A DNA stretch of 64,000 nt from Thermodesulfobacteriota bacterium (lineage in GTDB: Bacteria; Desulfobacterota; Anaeroferrophillalia; Anaeroferrophillales; Tharpellaceae): the NCBI GenBank assembly GCA_024763535.1, contig JANTFH010000006.1, positions 7,438 to 71,437 of the forward strand, given 5' to 3'. A program made the position numbers and the translations under genes. The notes under the pieces are model-generated. The model ran no database searches. It was not told where the DNA came from and saw only the letters and a program-made list of their open reading frames with translations. Below are positions 29,250-39,930 of the stretch, in pieces (the first letter of the stretch is position 1; each line of letters begins with the position of its first letter).

Positions 29250-29960
29250 TCAGTTACCGAAAAGCCGCATATTGATGAATTTAGACCATCCTGACTGCGG
29301 CTGTTTAACTTCATCACCGGATCCATTTTTTTCATCCGTGGAGACGGAATGATGTCCGGCGGAAACGTGGGCGGGATCATGAGCCGATGCGGGAATCGGC
29401 AGCGGATTATTCCGCAGACACGGAGGCTGTTGACCGGCGGGAGCGAGAAAACATTTACCGCCTTCACAACGACCATGAAAAGCGACAGGCTTCAATAAAC
29501 GACTGCCCTTGAAGGTTCCGGGAGTGGTGCCGGATATCTTATCTTCGAGACGTTTCTGCTCGTTTACCAGATCATCCGCCAACGCCTGCAGTTTGTCAAC
29601 CATCTCCGGGTTGTCGGCAAAAAGAAGTTTGAGATCTTCCAGATTTTTTCGCGACTGAGCGATCTTCTTCAAGCTGTGCTTAAGGCCCATAACTACGAAT
29701 TCATCTTCCAGGGCCAATACCCGCTTACCCATCTCTTTCTCTCCGGTCTGCAGGGTCACGATCCGGCGTTGCAGTTCAACCACCTGTTTATTAAGTTTCT
29801 GGCCATTAAGAAAAAGCAGGACAACGGCCACCAGCAGGAAACAACCGAGCACAACCGCAACCAGAGATAAAACCCCGGATTTTTTCTTTTTCTCTTCTAC
29901 CTTTACGGGCTTGGCCGCTCCGGTTTCATCTTTTTTCTCAACTTTTTTTTCTTCACTCAC
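29250..29960 (-). CDS. Hypothetical single-pass membrane protein with a Lys/Glu-rich N-terminus and coiled coil
   Basis: 236 aa. MSEEKKVEKKDE..., one TM helix, heptad-like region. C-terminal CEGGKC...C. Confidence 0.5.
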   Translation of the reverse strand: MSEEKKVEKKDETGAAKPVKVEEKKKKSGVLSLVAVVLGCFLLVAVVLLFLNGQKLNKQVVELQRRIVTLQTGEKEMGKRVLALEDEFVVMGLKHSLKKIAQSRKNLEDLKLLFADNPEMVDKLQALADDLVNEQKRLEDKISGTTPGTFKGSRLLKPVAFHGRCEGGKCFLAPAGQQPPCLRNNPLPIPASAHDPAHVSAGHHSVSTDEKNGSGDEVKQPQSGWSKFINMRLFGN

Positions 29961-30088
29961 AAGCTCTCTCCTGAAAATCTATTTTTCTATTTTTTAGGGT
30001 ACTTTTTAAGGCCCTACCGGGTAACCGGCAGGCTGAAATTTATATATAACCTTTATTGACTCCGGGGTCAAGCCGGAGAGAGGAAAAA

Positions 30089-31462
30089 CTATGCCGCAAA
30101 ATTCTCCAGCAGCGTCAAAATCTCTTCCGTCTTGCGCTCCATCAGGGCTTTATCACCCCGGCTTTCAACATTCAGACGTACCAGAGGTTCGGTATTGGAA
30201 GAGCGCAGATTAAAGCGCCAATCGGCAAATTCAAGGCTTAAGCCATCGGTCAGATCCCGCTTCAGGGGCTCCTCACGCCGGCTGAAAGATTCCTCAACCG
30301 CAGCGATTGCTGCGGCCGGATCGGTCAGCCGCCGGTTGATCTCACCGCTTACCGGATAACGCCGAATGCGCTCATCAACCAGTTCCGAAAGCGTTTTGCC
30401 GCGCCGGGCCATCAATTCCAGCACCAGAAGCCAGGGAATCATGCCGCTGTCGCAGTAGGAAAAATTGCGAAAATAGTGATGGGCGCTCATTTCACCACCG
30501 TAGAGCGCATCCAGAGCCCGCATCCGGTCCTTGATAAAAGCATGCCCGGTTTTTGAGAGGCAGGCGGTACCTCGATTTTCGTTCACGATCTCAACCGTAT
30601 TCCATAAAAGCCGGGGGTCGTGAACGATAGCGGAGCCGGGATGGTTAAGCAGCAGACTCTCCGCCAGCAGTCCAACGATATAGTAGCCTTCAATAAACCG
30701 GCCCTGCTCATCAAAAAAGAAACAGCGGTCAAAATCGCCGTCCCAGGCCAGACCAATATCCGCCTGCTGCTCGACCACGGCCCGGCTCGTCAACGTCCGG
30801 TTTTCCGGCAGCAGGGGGTTGGGAATGCCTTCGGGGAAGTTTCCATCCGGCTGATGCAGCAGTTTAATCATCTTATAGGGCAGTCTCTCTTCAAGCAGAT
30901 CGAGCACCGGCCCGGCACAGCCGTTTCCGGCATTGGTGACAACTTTGAAAGGTTTGAGCTTATCAAGATCGATATAACTTAAAAGATGATTGATGTAGTC
31001 GGTGCGAAATGTGAAAGGCCGGGTAGCGGCAACTTTTTCAACCTCGGGAAAGCTTAAGCTTTCGACCATCTCCTTAATCTGGGGCAGACCGAAATCACCG
31101 CTCAGCGGGCGGGATTCGTGACGCACCAGCTTCATCCCGTTATAATCTCCTGGATTATGACTCGCGGTCACCATGATGCCGCCGTCGAGTCGGTAGTTGA
31201 AGGTCGCGAAATAGACCTCTTCCGTACCGCAGAGGCCCAACTCCAGAACTTCGGCCCCGCCTTCGTTCAGGCCTCGGGCCAGAGCCGCGGCCAGAGAGCG
31301 GCTGGAAAAACGCACATCCTCACCCACAGCTACCCGGCGGGGTTTGATAAAGGCGGCATAGGCCCGGCCCAGCCGCCAGGCCAGCTCTTCATTAAGCTCA
31401 TCCGGCACCCGGCCCCGAATATCGTAAGCCTTGAAACAGGCGGTTGATACGGTTTTTCCCAT
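30089..31462 (-). CDS. Phosphomannomutase/phosphoglucomutase (alpha-D-phosphohexomutase family)
   Basis: Active-site [13 protein letters not shown]. Start moved to the ATG at 31462 ([17 protein letters not shown]), because the tracked ORF start overlaps tRNA-Phe. Confidence 0.85.
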   Translation of the reverse strand: MGKTVSTACFKAYDIRGRVPDELNEELAWRLGRAYAAFIKPRRVAVGEDVRFSSRSLAAALARGLNEGGAEVLELGLCGTEEVYFATFNYRLDGGIMVTASHNPGDYNGMKLVRHESRPLSGDFGLPQIKEMVESLSFPEVEKVAATRPFTFRTDYINHLLSYIDLDKLKPFKVVTNAGNGCAGPVLDLLEERLPYKMIKLLHQPDGNFPEGIPNPLLPENRTLTSRAVVEQQADIGLAWDGDFDRCFFFDEQGRFIEGYYIVGLLAESLLLNHPGSAIVHDPRLLWNTVEIVNENRGTACLSKTGHAFIKDRMRALDALYGGEMSAHHYFRNFSYCDSGMIPWLLVLELMARRGKTLSELVDERIRRYPVSGEINRRLTDPAAAIAAVEESFSRREEPLKRDLTDGLSLEFADWRFNLRSSNTEPLVRLNVESRGDKALMERKTEEILTLLENFAA

Positions 31463-31579
31463 AATCCGATGACTCCCGCTAAAAACAGAATTGGCAATCA
31501 GGCCACCATAAATCTTAAGGGCAGCCTTAAGACACAAAAAAGGCGTTCTCACCGGAGAACGCCTTAATGCTTGAAAAGC

Positions 31580-31654
31580 TGGTGCCGGGGGACGGAATCG
31601 AACCGCCGACACGGGGATTTTCAGTCCCCTGCTCTACCGACTGAGCTACCCCGG
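31580..31654 (-). tRNA. tRNA-Phe (anticodon GAA)
   Basis: Reverse complement GCCGGGGTAGCTCAGTCGGTAGAGCAGGGGACTGAAAATCCCCGTGTCGGCGGTTCGATTCCGTCCCCCGGCACCA. Anticodon loop CTGAAAA. Confidence 0.9.
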
Positions 31655-31714
31655 CTAACCAAGCGAGCGCCTAGATATCTTAAAGATTGAGCTTTGTCAA
31701 GAGGATTTTTCCGG

Positions 31715-32662
31715 TTACTGACCTGAAATCTGCAGACGATAGATCCGTTTACCCGACGGCAGGTGCCCCACCGAGACACAGTAGATCGACCCACCCCGAT
31801 GCAGATAGTCAATAAGATAGTTCTGTTCCAGCTCTAAAACATCAAGCAGACTATCCGGATTGTCCCGCAACTCATCCGTAAAAGCGACAACCACGCCCCG
31901 GGTTTCAGAAAAGCTCTGGTTGGAACCGGTTAAAGCGTGACTTACGGCATAGGTAATTGAATCCCGGATAACTCCGTGGAATTCATAGCCGTTCTGAAAA
32001 TTAACCTCAAAAAAATTATATCCGTGCGGCCGGATCTGAGGAGGACAGATAAGGGTAAAAGCCGGGTTCTGCTCTTTCGCATGGGCTCTGAGCTGAACTT
32101 CGGGGAAAAGCCCTTCCAGACTTAAAGAGAGTTCACGATAGATAAACTCGGCCACATGATGCTGAGCGTAGGGCCGGCTCTGTTCATCATTGCAGTAGAG
32201 TTCAAGTTGACCCTGCTCGTGATTGAAATAAAGGATGCCGCCCCGGGCGGAGGGATCTATCTTGGCGAGCTGACGTCGCGCGTTACCGAGAATCCCGTCT
32301 TCCACTTCCACCGCCAGCATAGAGAGTTCCGGAACCGCTTCGAAATCCTCACCCCTCAGCTTTTTTACATAGTCAACGGCGCCGCAGTGCGGGCCATGGG
32401 CGAGAATTACGGCCGGACGACGACTGGGATTAAAGACAACATTCCCGGCCGATGAAAAGACTCTTATATTGCCGATTTGATCAAGCAGATTGCGCAAAGC
32501 GGCGTTACGCTGATCGGCACAGAGATAGAGATCAAAGAGTTTATCCCGACGATCAATACTCAAAGCGGCCAGGAAACGGCGCGTGCGACTGAAGGCCTGA
32601 TCCGGCTCAACCTGGGCCAGAGAGATCTCCTGCAGAGAACCCCAACTCAATTCAACATTCAT
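31715..32662 (-). CDS. Hypothetical protein (315 aa), no recognisable domain
   Basis: Long ORF with genome-typical composition, between tRNA-Phe and ssb. Confidence 0.5.
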   Translation of the reverse strand: MNVELSWGSLQEISLAQVEPDQAFSRTRRFLAALSIDRRDKLFDLYLCADQRNAALRNLLDQIGNIRVFSSAGNVVFNPSRRPAVILAHGPHCGAVDYVKKLRGEDFEAVPELSMLAVEVEDGILGNARRQLAKIDPSARGGILYFNHEQGQLELYCNDEQSRPYAQHHVAEFIYRELSLSLEGLFPEVQLRAHAKEQNPAFTLICPPQIRPHGYNFFEVNFQNGYEFHGVIRDSITYAVSHALTGSNQSFSETRGVVVAFTDELRDNPDSLLDVLELEQNYLIDYLHRGGSIYCVSVGHLPSGKRIYRLQISGQ

Positions 32663-32683
32663 CCAACACCTCTTTTCAACTCA

Positions 32684-33169
32684 CTAGAAAGGAATATCAT
32701 CCGGTCCAGAATCGGGAGCTGAAGCCTGACCGTAGGGAGCCTGATTCGTAGTGGCCTGAGGTTCAGGTTTCGAAAAACCACCGCCCTGGCCCCCGCCGCC
32801 GCCAAAACTCTGGCCCTGATTCTGACCACCGCCGGAGCCACCTTCACGGGCACCGAGCATCTGCATATTTCCAGCAATAATTTCGGTTGTCCAGCGTTTC
32901 ACCCCGTCCTGCTCCCAGGAGCGGGTCTGAATCCTTCCTTCGAGATAGATCTGCTTGCCTTTATGAAGATATTTAGCGCAAATTTCAGCCAGTTTACCGA
33001 AAGCGATAATCCGATGCCATTCAGTGCGTTCCTCACGCTGTCCATCCTTGACCCAGCTGTCGCTGGTCGCCAGGGTGAAAGTAGTAAAAGGGTTACCGCT
33101 GCTGCCATACTTCATCTCCGGATCCGCACCCAGATGCCCGACTAAAATCACCTTGTTTACTCCAGCCAT
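32684..33169 (-). CDS. ssb: Single-stranded DNA-binding protein
   Basis: 161 aa. OB-fold N-terminus. Gly-rich linker. Acidic tail DDIPF. Confidence 0.9.
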   Translation of the reverse strand: MAGVNKVILVGHLGADPEMKYGSSGNPFTTFTLATSDSWVKDGQREERTEWHRIIAFGKLAEICAKYLHKGKQIYLEGRIQTRSWEQDGVKRWTTEIIAGNMQMLGAREGGSGGGQNQGQSFGGGGGQGGGFSKPEPQATTNQAPYGQASAPDSGPDDIPF

Positions 33170-33407
33170 TTCCTCAATCTCCTTCTCGTAAAATAGAACG
33201 CCTGTTATTGATTGTTTTTTACCAAACTATTACATACGACTTTTTCCTGATATAATCAAGTTGTAAAAAATTGGAAAATAATATTGTGTTTTTTTTTACT
33301 ATCTGGTAGGAGGCAGACCGGATTGTTAAATAACTCCCGATACCGGTATTTATGAGTTTTCCGGAACGGGTTCAAGCGGTAAAGTATCTATTTTGAAGGA
33401 GATAAAA

Positions 33408-34538
33408 ATGAGTGAGATTAAAACAGTCGGTGTGGTGGGTTTCGGAGTCATGGGTGCGGCAATCGCCTTAAATGCGGCGGGTGCAGGCTACAAGGTCATT
33501 TTCAAGGAACTTAACGATGAACTGGTTGCCACAATGTATGACCGCTGGGTCACCAAACCTTTAAGTAAAAGAGTGGCCAAAGGCAAAATCAGCCAGGACG
33601 ACATGGATAAACTGACCGGTCAGATCAGCGGCACCAGCAGCTATGCCGATTTGCATGAGTGTGATCTGGTTATTGAAGCCGCCATCGAAAAGATGGATCT
33701 GAAAATCGAAGTCTTTGCCGAGCTTTCCAAGGCCTGTAAAAAAGATGCAATTCTGGTCAGCAACACCTCGACTTTTCTGATTGAAAAATTGATGGCCAAG
33801 GTTGAAAATCCGGGCCGGACCGCAGGTCTGCACTACTTCTTCCCGGCCAACATCAACCGTCTGGTTGAAGTTATCAGACAATCTGAGACTACTGATGCCA
33901 CCTACAACGCCTTGATGGAGTTCGCCAAGAAAAACCGCAAGGTTGCGATCACGGTCAAGGATTTCCCCGGCTTTGCCGTTAATCCGGTGTTTATTGCCAG
34001 CTATATTGTCCTCGATTGCTTCTACGGCGACAAGTTTAATGCCGCCAGTCTGGAAAGTATCTCGCAGGAGGCTTTAGGGCTTAAATTCGGCATCATGTGG
34101 GTTCAGAACGGCGCTGGTTTAGGCACCTGTTTTCACGCCGGAAACTCCATGGTTGAATACTTAAGGGATGCCGACACCGGCTATCCGGCGATGTGCGAGC
34201 AACTCAAGAAACAGTTTGAGAGCGGCACCCCCTGGGATCTCGAAGACGGCCCGGTCACTGAGGATGCCGCCGCCCGGACTCTGGTAAAAGAGCGTCTTTT
34301 GGGTGCGATCTTTGCGATCTCAACCCATCTCATTGAACATGACGTAGTCAGCCCTGATGATCTCGAGCTCGGGATCATCACCTCTCTGGCCTGGCCCAAA
34401 GGCCCTCTGGCCCTGATGAATGAGATCGGTATGGAAGAGAGTGCTCGTCTGGTCAAGGTTGCGGTGGCCGCCGGAGATTTCAAACTACCAAAGAAATTCT
34501 CCGACAACGATATGACGCCGTGGGCTCTGAAAGGCTAG
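33408..34538 (+). CDS. 3-hydroxyacyl-CoA dehydrogenase (NAD-binding, Hbd/FadB-like)
   Basis: Rossmann GVVGFGVMGAAIA. The ATG at 33408 has an AAGGAG SD; the tracked ORF start at 33393 is a TTG. Confidence 0.85.
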   Translation: MSEIKTVGVVGFGVMGAAIALNAAGAGYKVIFKELNDELVATMYDRWVTKPLSKRVAKGKISQDDMDKLTGQISGTSSYADLHECDLVIEAAIEKMDLKIEVFAELSKACKKDAILVSNTSTFLIEKLMAKVENPGRTAGLHYFFPANINRLVEVIRQSETTDATYNALMEFAKKNRKVAITVKDFPGFAVNPVFIASYIVLDCFYGDKFNAASLESISQEALGLKFGIMWVQNGAGLGTCFHAGNSMVEYLRDADTGYPAMCEQLKKQFESGTPWDLEDGPVTEDAAARTLVKERLLGAIFAISTHLIEHDVVSPDDLELGIITSLAWPKGPLALMNEIGMEESARLVKVAVAAGDFKLPKKFSDNDMTPWALKG

Positions 34539-34581
34539 ATTTTTTTTAAGAAGAGATCCTTAAACCTGTATGAACCTTACC

Positions 34582-34626
34582 AAAAGAGCCCGAAACCGCA
34601 GAAGCCGGTTTCGGGCTCTTTTTTTA
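34582..34626. terminator. Strong bidirectional rho-independent terminator (14-bp stem AGAGCCCGAAACCG/CGGTTTCGGGCTCT, T7 run)
   Basis: Between the convergent hbd-like gene and the 558-aa gene. Confidence 0.75.
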
Positions 34627-34653
34627 CCCTGAATCAGAAGCAATGGACCGCCT

Positions 34654-36330
34654 TTACCAGCCTCTCTCTTTCTTGGCGGCGACAATCTTTTTGGCCAGAG
34701 CCAGGATTTCGCGAAACGGATGATGAATCTGGGTTGTGTTGATGGTAATAATCGTATCGGTGATCGTACCGTAGCGGGTGGGGTCGCCACTCTCCTGCAG
34801 ATGGTGGGAGATAATATCTTTCAGTTCGGTCTCGGTTCCCAGCATAATATGGTGTTCATCGGTCGCAATAATATCTTTGATTCGTGCCCGTTTGCGGGTG
34901 CTGATAAAATATTGGGAGCCGAGTGTCGCTCCGCGCAGGGCGTGGCCGCTGTCCCAGCCAATGGCTTTTAACCCAATGAAGGTACCGGTAAAGGTGTCGC
35001 CGGCACCCAGAGTGGAACTCAGTTCATCAACAAAATCGTCGCCGCAGATGATCTGCCGGTCGGCATAGCGCATACGAAAGATCGTATCCTCCGGCATCCG
35101 GGCTTTTTTCCAGTAAAGCAGAGCCCTCTCCGGGGTCAGGCGTTCGGTATAACGCACGCCTTTGCTGCCGTCGGTCAGCAGCAGCCGGCCGCCTTTATTA
35201 TTCTCGCCCTTTTTCCCCTGGTTCATATAGCGAACCAGCTGCCGGCTGGTCTCATCTTTGCCTTTACGACGGATAACCCCGTCGAACAGCTTCAGCTCGT
35301 CGACATTGAGAATTATATACTGGATAAAAGGGATCACCACATCGTACAAAAGCTCTTCCCGATTATTGAAAAAACGCTCCTTGCCGGAACTGTAGTAACG
35401 TGCTTTGACCAGAGCATCAAAACATTTGAACAGGGTCTTGGTCGGACAGAGATAAGTGGTCACCGAACTGGCGTAAGCGGTAGTCAACAAACGACAGATA
35501 AGACGTAACTCTTCCGGATTCGTCAGGGAGTTGATAATCAGGCTGGTTTTGATAAAGTCGCTGTCTTTTCGCAGTTTGTATTCGAGATCGAAGTAACGCT
35601 GAGCCAGTTTCTCCGCCGGGATCACCTCTTCGTTGGTACAATTGGAGAGTACAATCCGATCCAGACGCCGGCCGCCATTCTCATCTTCAATCGTCAGAAC
35701 ATAACTTTCACGCGGCAGCAGCCCCTCAATATGCATCTCCGTCATCTTACCGATAGCAACATCAAAATCCTGATAAAATTGCTTGATCAACCTGAATTTC
35801 GGTAATTTCACATCAAAAAAGAAGAGATGTTCATACTTGATCCCAGCACTCTCATCAATCAGTTCCGGGGATTCGTATAGAGAGCGAATCGCCTCGATCA
35901 GGTTGCGGTTATTGCCGCCCAACTGAACCGTAATCGGTTTTTCAACCCGAACCGGCTTGAGATCATTTATGTCCCTGATAATTTCGGGGTAGGCCCGGTT
36001 AAGCTCCGCAAAGACAGCCTCAAGGTCAGTCGCGCACAAACTTAATTCCGGCTGTTCTCCATGTTTACCGCCTAAAGCCATAGTAAAATAATAATTTTCG
36101 TTAACCTTCTGCACTTCACAGGCCGCCATCGGATTAACGTAGAGCGGCTGCTCGTCATCCTCAACCAGACACACAAAGATGGTTCCCAGCGGCAGTAGTA
36201 CCTTATCATCAATCATGATAATATCATTCGCTACCGCCCGGCGAATCTCCTGCAGCGTCGGGGTTATGATATGATCAAAAACCGGAATCCCGCCCAGAAA
36301 GATAAAACGACTCTGGCTGCTGGCTGTCAT
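34654..36330 (-). CDS. Divergent PfkB/ribokinase-family kinase-like protein with large lineage-specific insertions
   Basis: 558 aa. C-terminal GAGDTFTG anion-hole motif and an upstream LLLTDGSKGVRYT strand. Possible GG motif MALGGKHG. No other recognisable domain. Confidence 0.45.
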   Translation of the reverse strand: MTASSQSRFIFLGGIPVFDHIITPTLQEIRRAVANDIIMIDDKVLLPLGTIFVCLVEDDEQPLYVNPMAACEVQKVNENYYFTMALGGKHGEQPELSLCATDLEAVFAELNRAYPEIIRDINDLKPVRVEKPITVQLGGNNRNLIEAIRSLYESPELIDESAGIKYEHLFFFDVKLPKFRLIKQFYQDFDVAIGKMTEMHIEGLLPRESYVLTIEDENGGRRLDRIVLSNCTNEEVIPAEKLAQRYFDLEYKLRKDSDFIKTSLIINSLTNPEELRLICRLLTTAYASSVTTYLCPTKTLFKCFDALVKARYYSSGKERFFNNREELLYDVVIPFIQYIILNVDELKLFDGVIRRKGKDETSRQLVRYMNQGKKGENNKGGRLLLTDGSKGVRYTERLTPERALLYWKKARMPEDTIFRMRYADRQIICGDDFVDELSSTLGAGDTFTGTFIGLKAIGWDSGHALRGATLGSQYFISTRKRARIKDIIATDEHHIMLGTETELKDIISHHLQESGDPTRYGTITDTIITINTTQIHHPFREILALAKKIVAAKKERGW

Positions 36331-36485
36331 TTCACTACCTCCGAAAAAAATTCATGCTTGATTTTTACGAACAACCTGTGTTAAACAGCGTCCCCTTGAA
36401 ATTAAATTATTTTTTTCTATAGATGCGGCCCCTCTGCAAGCCTGAAGCCCTGCGGAGAAGGTCTTAATATCTGTTATGGAGTAGG

Positions 36486-36674
36486 ATGATGGCTAAAGTT
36501 TGTGAAATATGCGGTAAAAAACCGCTTGTCGGCAACAATGTAAGTCACGCGCACAACAAGACCAAAAAGGTCTGGCAGCCCAATCTGCAGAGTGTCAATA
36601 CGGTTGTCAACGGGCAGAAACGCAAGGTTAAAGTCTGCACCCGCTGCATTCGTTCCGGCGCCGTCAGCAAATAA
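36486..36674 (+). CDS. rpmB: 50S ribosomal protein L28
   Basis: [34 protein letters not shown]... Confidence 0.9.
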   Translation: MMAKVCEICGKKPLVGNNVSHAHNKTKKVWQPNLQSVNTVVNGQKRKVKVCTRCIRSGAVSK

Positions 36675-36712
36675 TCAGACAAACCTGAAATCAGCTTGAA
36701 AAATACCAGCCA

Positions 36713-36748
36713 CCCGATATCGGCCCCTATGCCGGTATCGGGTTTTTG
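36713..36748 (+). terminator. Rho-independent terminator after rpmB
   Basis: CCCGATATCGGC / GCCGGTATCGGG hairpin followed by TTTTT. Confidence 0.5.
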
Positions 36749-36777
36749 TCTTTCCCGGTTTTACAAACTCCCGCATA

Positions 36778-38919
36778 TCAACTAATCCGGGTCACCTGAT
36801 AGACCCCCTTAACTCCCCTGAGAGCCATTTTCACCCTTTTCAAATGTTCAAGATCCTTGACCTGAATCTCAAAATAGCAGTGGGCTTTCTGATTGATAGT
36901 CGTCTGCAGCGTCCCACTGGTAATATTTGCCTCCTGACTGCTGATTGCGGTCCCCAGAGAGACCAGCAGCCCTTTGGCGTCCTCTGACATAACCCTGATC
37001 CTAACCCGGTGGGAACTGGAACGATCAAGATTCCAGGAGACATCCATGTAACGTTCCGAATTGGATTTATCAACATGGCGGCAACCCCGCCGGTGAACAG
37101 TCAAACCCCGGCCCCGGGTGATAAAACCGACCACATCATCCCCCGGCAGGGGATTGCAGCACTTGGCAAAACGTACCATAACATCGTCGATATCTTTAAT
37201 TGAGATACCATCCCGGGCCGGTTTCCGTGCGGCTCTCTTCTCCTCCTTATCGCTCTTCTTACCCTTCTGCGATTTACGCATCTCGGGAAAGATCCGGTTT
37301 ATCACCTGACGGGCGGATAACTTCCCCCGGCCGACGGCCGCCAATAGGGCCTCGGCATGTTTGAGTGAAAACTCCTCGGCTGCGGCCTGCATTTTGCCGC
37401 TCTTTAAGGCCTGGTTAAATGACAGCTTGTTGCGGATGAAAGCCTTCTCGCAGAGTTCCCGGCCCAGCTCAATACTGCGCCGCTCCTCCTCCTTTTTCAC
37501 CCACTGCCGGATTTTGGTTTTGGCCTTACTGGTTTTGACAAAGGCGAGCCAGTCTTTATTCGGATGCTGTCGATTCGAGGTTACGATCTCGACCATCTCA
37601 CCATTCTGCAGCTGATAACGCAGTGGTACCAGCTTCCCGTTAACTTTAGCCCCGCTGCAGTGATCGCCGACCTTGGAATGGATACTGTAGGCCATATCGA
37701 CCGGTGTTGAACCGCGAGGCAACTCTTTCACATCTCCGGCCGGGGTAAAGACATAGACCGCTTCGGAGAAGAGATCAATCTTGACGGAATCCAGAAATTC
37801 ACCCGGATTGTCAACATCCTGCTGCCACTCGATCATCTGCCGGAGCCAATCCATCTGCTGACGGTCATGATCATCAAGCTGGTAACCCTCTTTGTAGTGC
37901 CAGTGGGCAGCGATCCCCATCTCCGCTATCTGATGCATCTCATGGGTGCGAATCTGGAATTCGACATGGCGGCCTTCCGGCCCGATAACCGTAGTATGCA
38001 GAGACTGATACATATTGGCCTTGGGAACCCCGATAAAATCCTTGAACCGACTTGGCAGCGGCCGCCAGAGCGCATGTATGATCCCCAGAACATTATAGCA
38101 TTCGGCTTTATCCGCCACCAAAATCCGAAAAGCGATAATATCGTAGATCTGCTCGAAGGCGATATCCCGGCGTACCATTTTACGATAGATACTGTAGAAA
38201 TGTTTAAGCCGCCCGTTAACCTGGGCCTGAATACCGTTATGGGTCAGGTTACGCTGTACCAGTTTGATGACGGTGTCGATAAAGGCCCGGCTTTCAAGCT
38301 CTTTCCGCGCGACCTTCTCCTCAAGTTCACGATAGATTGCCGGCTGCAGATAGCGCAGGGAGTTGTCCTCGAGTTCCTGCTTTATCCAGGAGATCCCCAA
38401 GCGGTTAGCGAGCGGGGCATAGAGATCCAGAGTCTCCTGAGCAATCGCCTGCCGCCGGTGACTTTTCTGAAAATCCAGGGTTCTCATATTGTGAACCCGG
38501 TCGGCAAGTTTGATAATCAGAACACGGATATCCTTGACCATAGCCAGGATCATTTTGCGATAGTTCTCGGCCTGATGCTCCTGGGAACTCTTGAATTTTA
38601 TCTTGCTGATTTTAGTCAGGCCTTCGACCAGAGCGGTGATCTCATCACCAAAGCGCAGGCTCAGATCCTCAATCGAGGTCATGGGATCATCTTCTAAGGT
38701 ATCATGCAGGAGGCCGGCGGCGATACTGGCGATATCCATCTTCATTTCGGCCAGGATATTGGCCACCTCAATCGGATGGATCATATAGGGTTCACCGGAG
38801 AGACGAACCTGGTTACGGTGGGCGTAGGCGCTGTAGGCGTAGGCTTTGCGAATGATATCGAAATCGGCGGCCGGGTAGTAGTCGGCAACCTTGTCTATAA
38901 TGTCATTCGCTCTAATCAT
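36778..38919 (-). CDS. Bifunctional (p)ppGpp synthetase/hydrolase (RelA/SpoT family; HD + synthetase + TGS + ACT)
   Basis: 713 aa. HD motif HDTLEDD. RelA_SpoT synthetase region. C-terminal ACT. Confidence 0.9.
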   Translation of the reverse strand: MIRANDIIDKVADYYPAADFDIIRKAYAYSAYAHRNQVRLSGEPYMIHPIEVANILAEMKMDIASIAAGLLHDTLEDDPMTSIEDLSLRFGDEITALVEGLTKISKIKFKSSQEHQAENYRKMILAMVKDIRVLIIKLADRVHNMRTLDFQKSHRRQAIAQETLDLYAPLANRLGISWIKQELEDNSLRYLQPAIYRELEEKVARKELESRAFIDTVIKLVQRNLTHNGIQAQVNGRLKHFYSIYRKMVRRDIAFEQIYDIIAFRILVADKAECYNVLGIIHALWRPLPSRFKDFIGVPKANMYQSLHTTVIGPEGRHVEFQIRTHEMHQIAEMGIAAHWHYKEGYQLDDHDRQQMDWLRQMIEWQQDVDNPGEFLDSVKIDLFSEAVYVFTPAGDVKELPRGSTPVDMAYSIHSKVGDHCSGAKVNGKLVPLRYQLQNGEMVEIVTSNRQHPNKDWLAFVKTSKAKTKIRQWVKKEEERRSIELGRELCEKAFIRNKLSFNQALKSGKMQAAAEEFSLKHAEALLAAVGRGKLSARQVINRIFPEMRKSQKGKKSDKEEKRAARKPARDGISIKDIDDVMVRFAKCCNPLPGDDVVGFITRGRGLTVHRRGCRHVDKSNSERYMDVSWNLDRSSSHRVRIRVMSEDAKGLLVSLGTAISSQEANITSGTLQTTINQKAHCYFEIQVKDLEHLKRVKMALRGVKGVYQVTRIS

Positions 38920-38962
38920 GCAGGGTCAAGGGGGAAATGGAGGTTATCAATTCATACAGCCT

Positions 38963-39898
38963 CTAACGCAGATGGGCATCAGGGAAACCCGCATCATGCA
39001 GCCGGGCCAGAACCGTATCGGCACTCTGTTGCACTCGGGGGAGGTCCAGCAGTATGAGCGAGTGCGGCATCTTAACGGAAACCTTTTGTACCTTGAGGGT
39101 TAATCCGGCCGTGCCATACAATTTCTTCCAGTCATCAACACTGCTCTGCAGATAAAAAGAGCCGACCACAACCCGGTAAGTACCGGCCCGAATCAGAAGG
39201 AACGGGTCATCCCCTTTCTCCCGGGCGACAGAGATCATCTCCTGAGCCTTGCGGCGCTCAGTAAACGGCCCCAGATAAACCCTGGATATCAGGGTCGGCC
39301 GCACAACCTCTTCGGTTCTGGCAACAAAGCCCAATTTCTCCAGCCGTTTCAGATTCCGCCGGAGATTATTATGGAGAACGTACTCGCCGGCGACGATCAC
39401 GGCTTCCGCAGGCGGCGCGGGCGAGGTTTCATCCTCAACCCCGGGCTGCAATTCAGGAGCCGGTAAATCATCCTTGGCGCCCGCAGCCGGAAGAGTCTGA
39501 TTATCGACTGCCGTGGTCTGACTTCCAGCCGGTGCGGTTTGCGCTTGAACCACCGGTCTAAGCCCGGAATTTTCAGGAATGCTCTTTTCTGATACGACAA
39601 CCGGAACGTCTCCGGCGGCAGCACCGGTAACCGACCCGGCCACAGGCTCCGCAGCCTCAGCCGGCGGTGGTGTCGCAACCGTATCCGCGGTCACAGGCTC
39701 CACCGTTGCCTCAGGTTGCGGCCCGGAAGCAGACGGCAGCGAAGCAATCACCTCAAGCTCACTGGTAACCGGTCGCACCGGCATACGAACCGGCCGCTCA
39801 AAAGAGAGAAAGTAGTAAAAGCCGGTTAAAGCGAAAAGAGCAATTACAATCTCGCAAATTAAAAATTTCTTCACAGGATTACCTTGCTCTCTCCGCAT
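38963..39898 (-). CDS. SPOR-domain protein (membrane-anchored, Ala/Pro-rich linker, C-terminal SPOR repeats)
   Basis: N-terminal TM. PAPAEA-rich linker. YRVVVGSF / RVYLGPF SPOR-like motifs. Confidence 0.6.
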   Translation of the reverse strand: MRREQGNPVKKFLICEIVIALFALTGFYYFLSFERPVRMPVRPVTSELEVIASLPSASGPQPEATVEPVTADTVATPPPAEAAEPVAGSVTGAAAGDVPVVVSEKSIPENSGLRPVVQAQTAPAGSQTTAVDNQTLPAAGAKDDLPAPELQPGVEDETSPAPPAEAVIVAGEYVLHNNLRRNLKRLEKLGFVARTEEVVRPTLISRVYLGPFTERRKAQEMISVAREKGDDPFLLIRAGTYRVVVGSFYLQSSVDDWKKLYGTAGLTLKVQKVSVKMPHSLILLDLPRVQQSADTVLARLHDAGFPDAHLR

Positions 39899-39930
39899 TT
39901 TTCCCGATAACGGATTTGGCCATCAAAAAA

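Noticed and set aside
37867-38697. 276-aa plus-strand ORF
   Set aside because: Antisense shadow inside relA/spoT.
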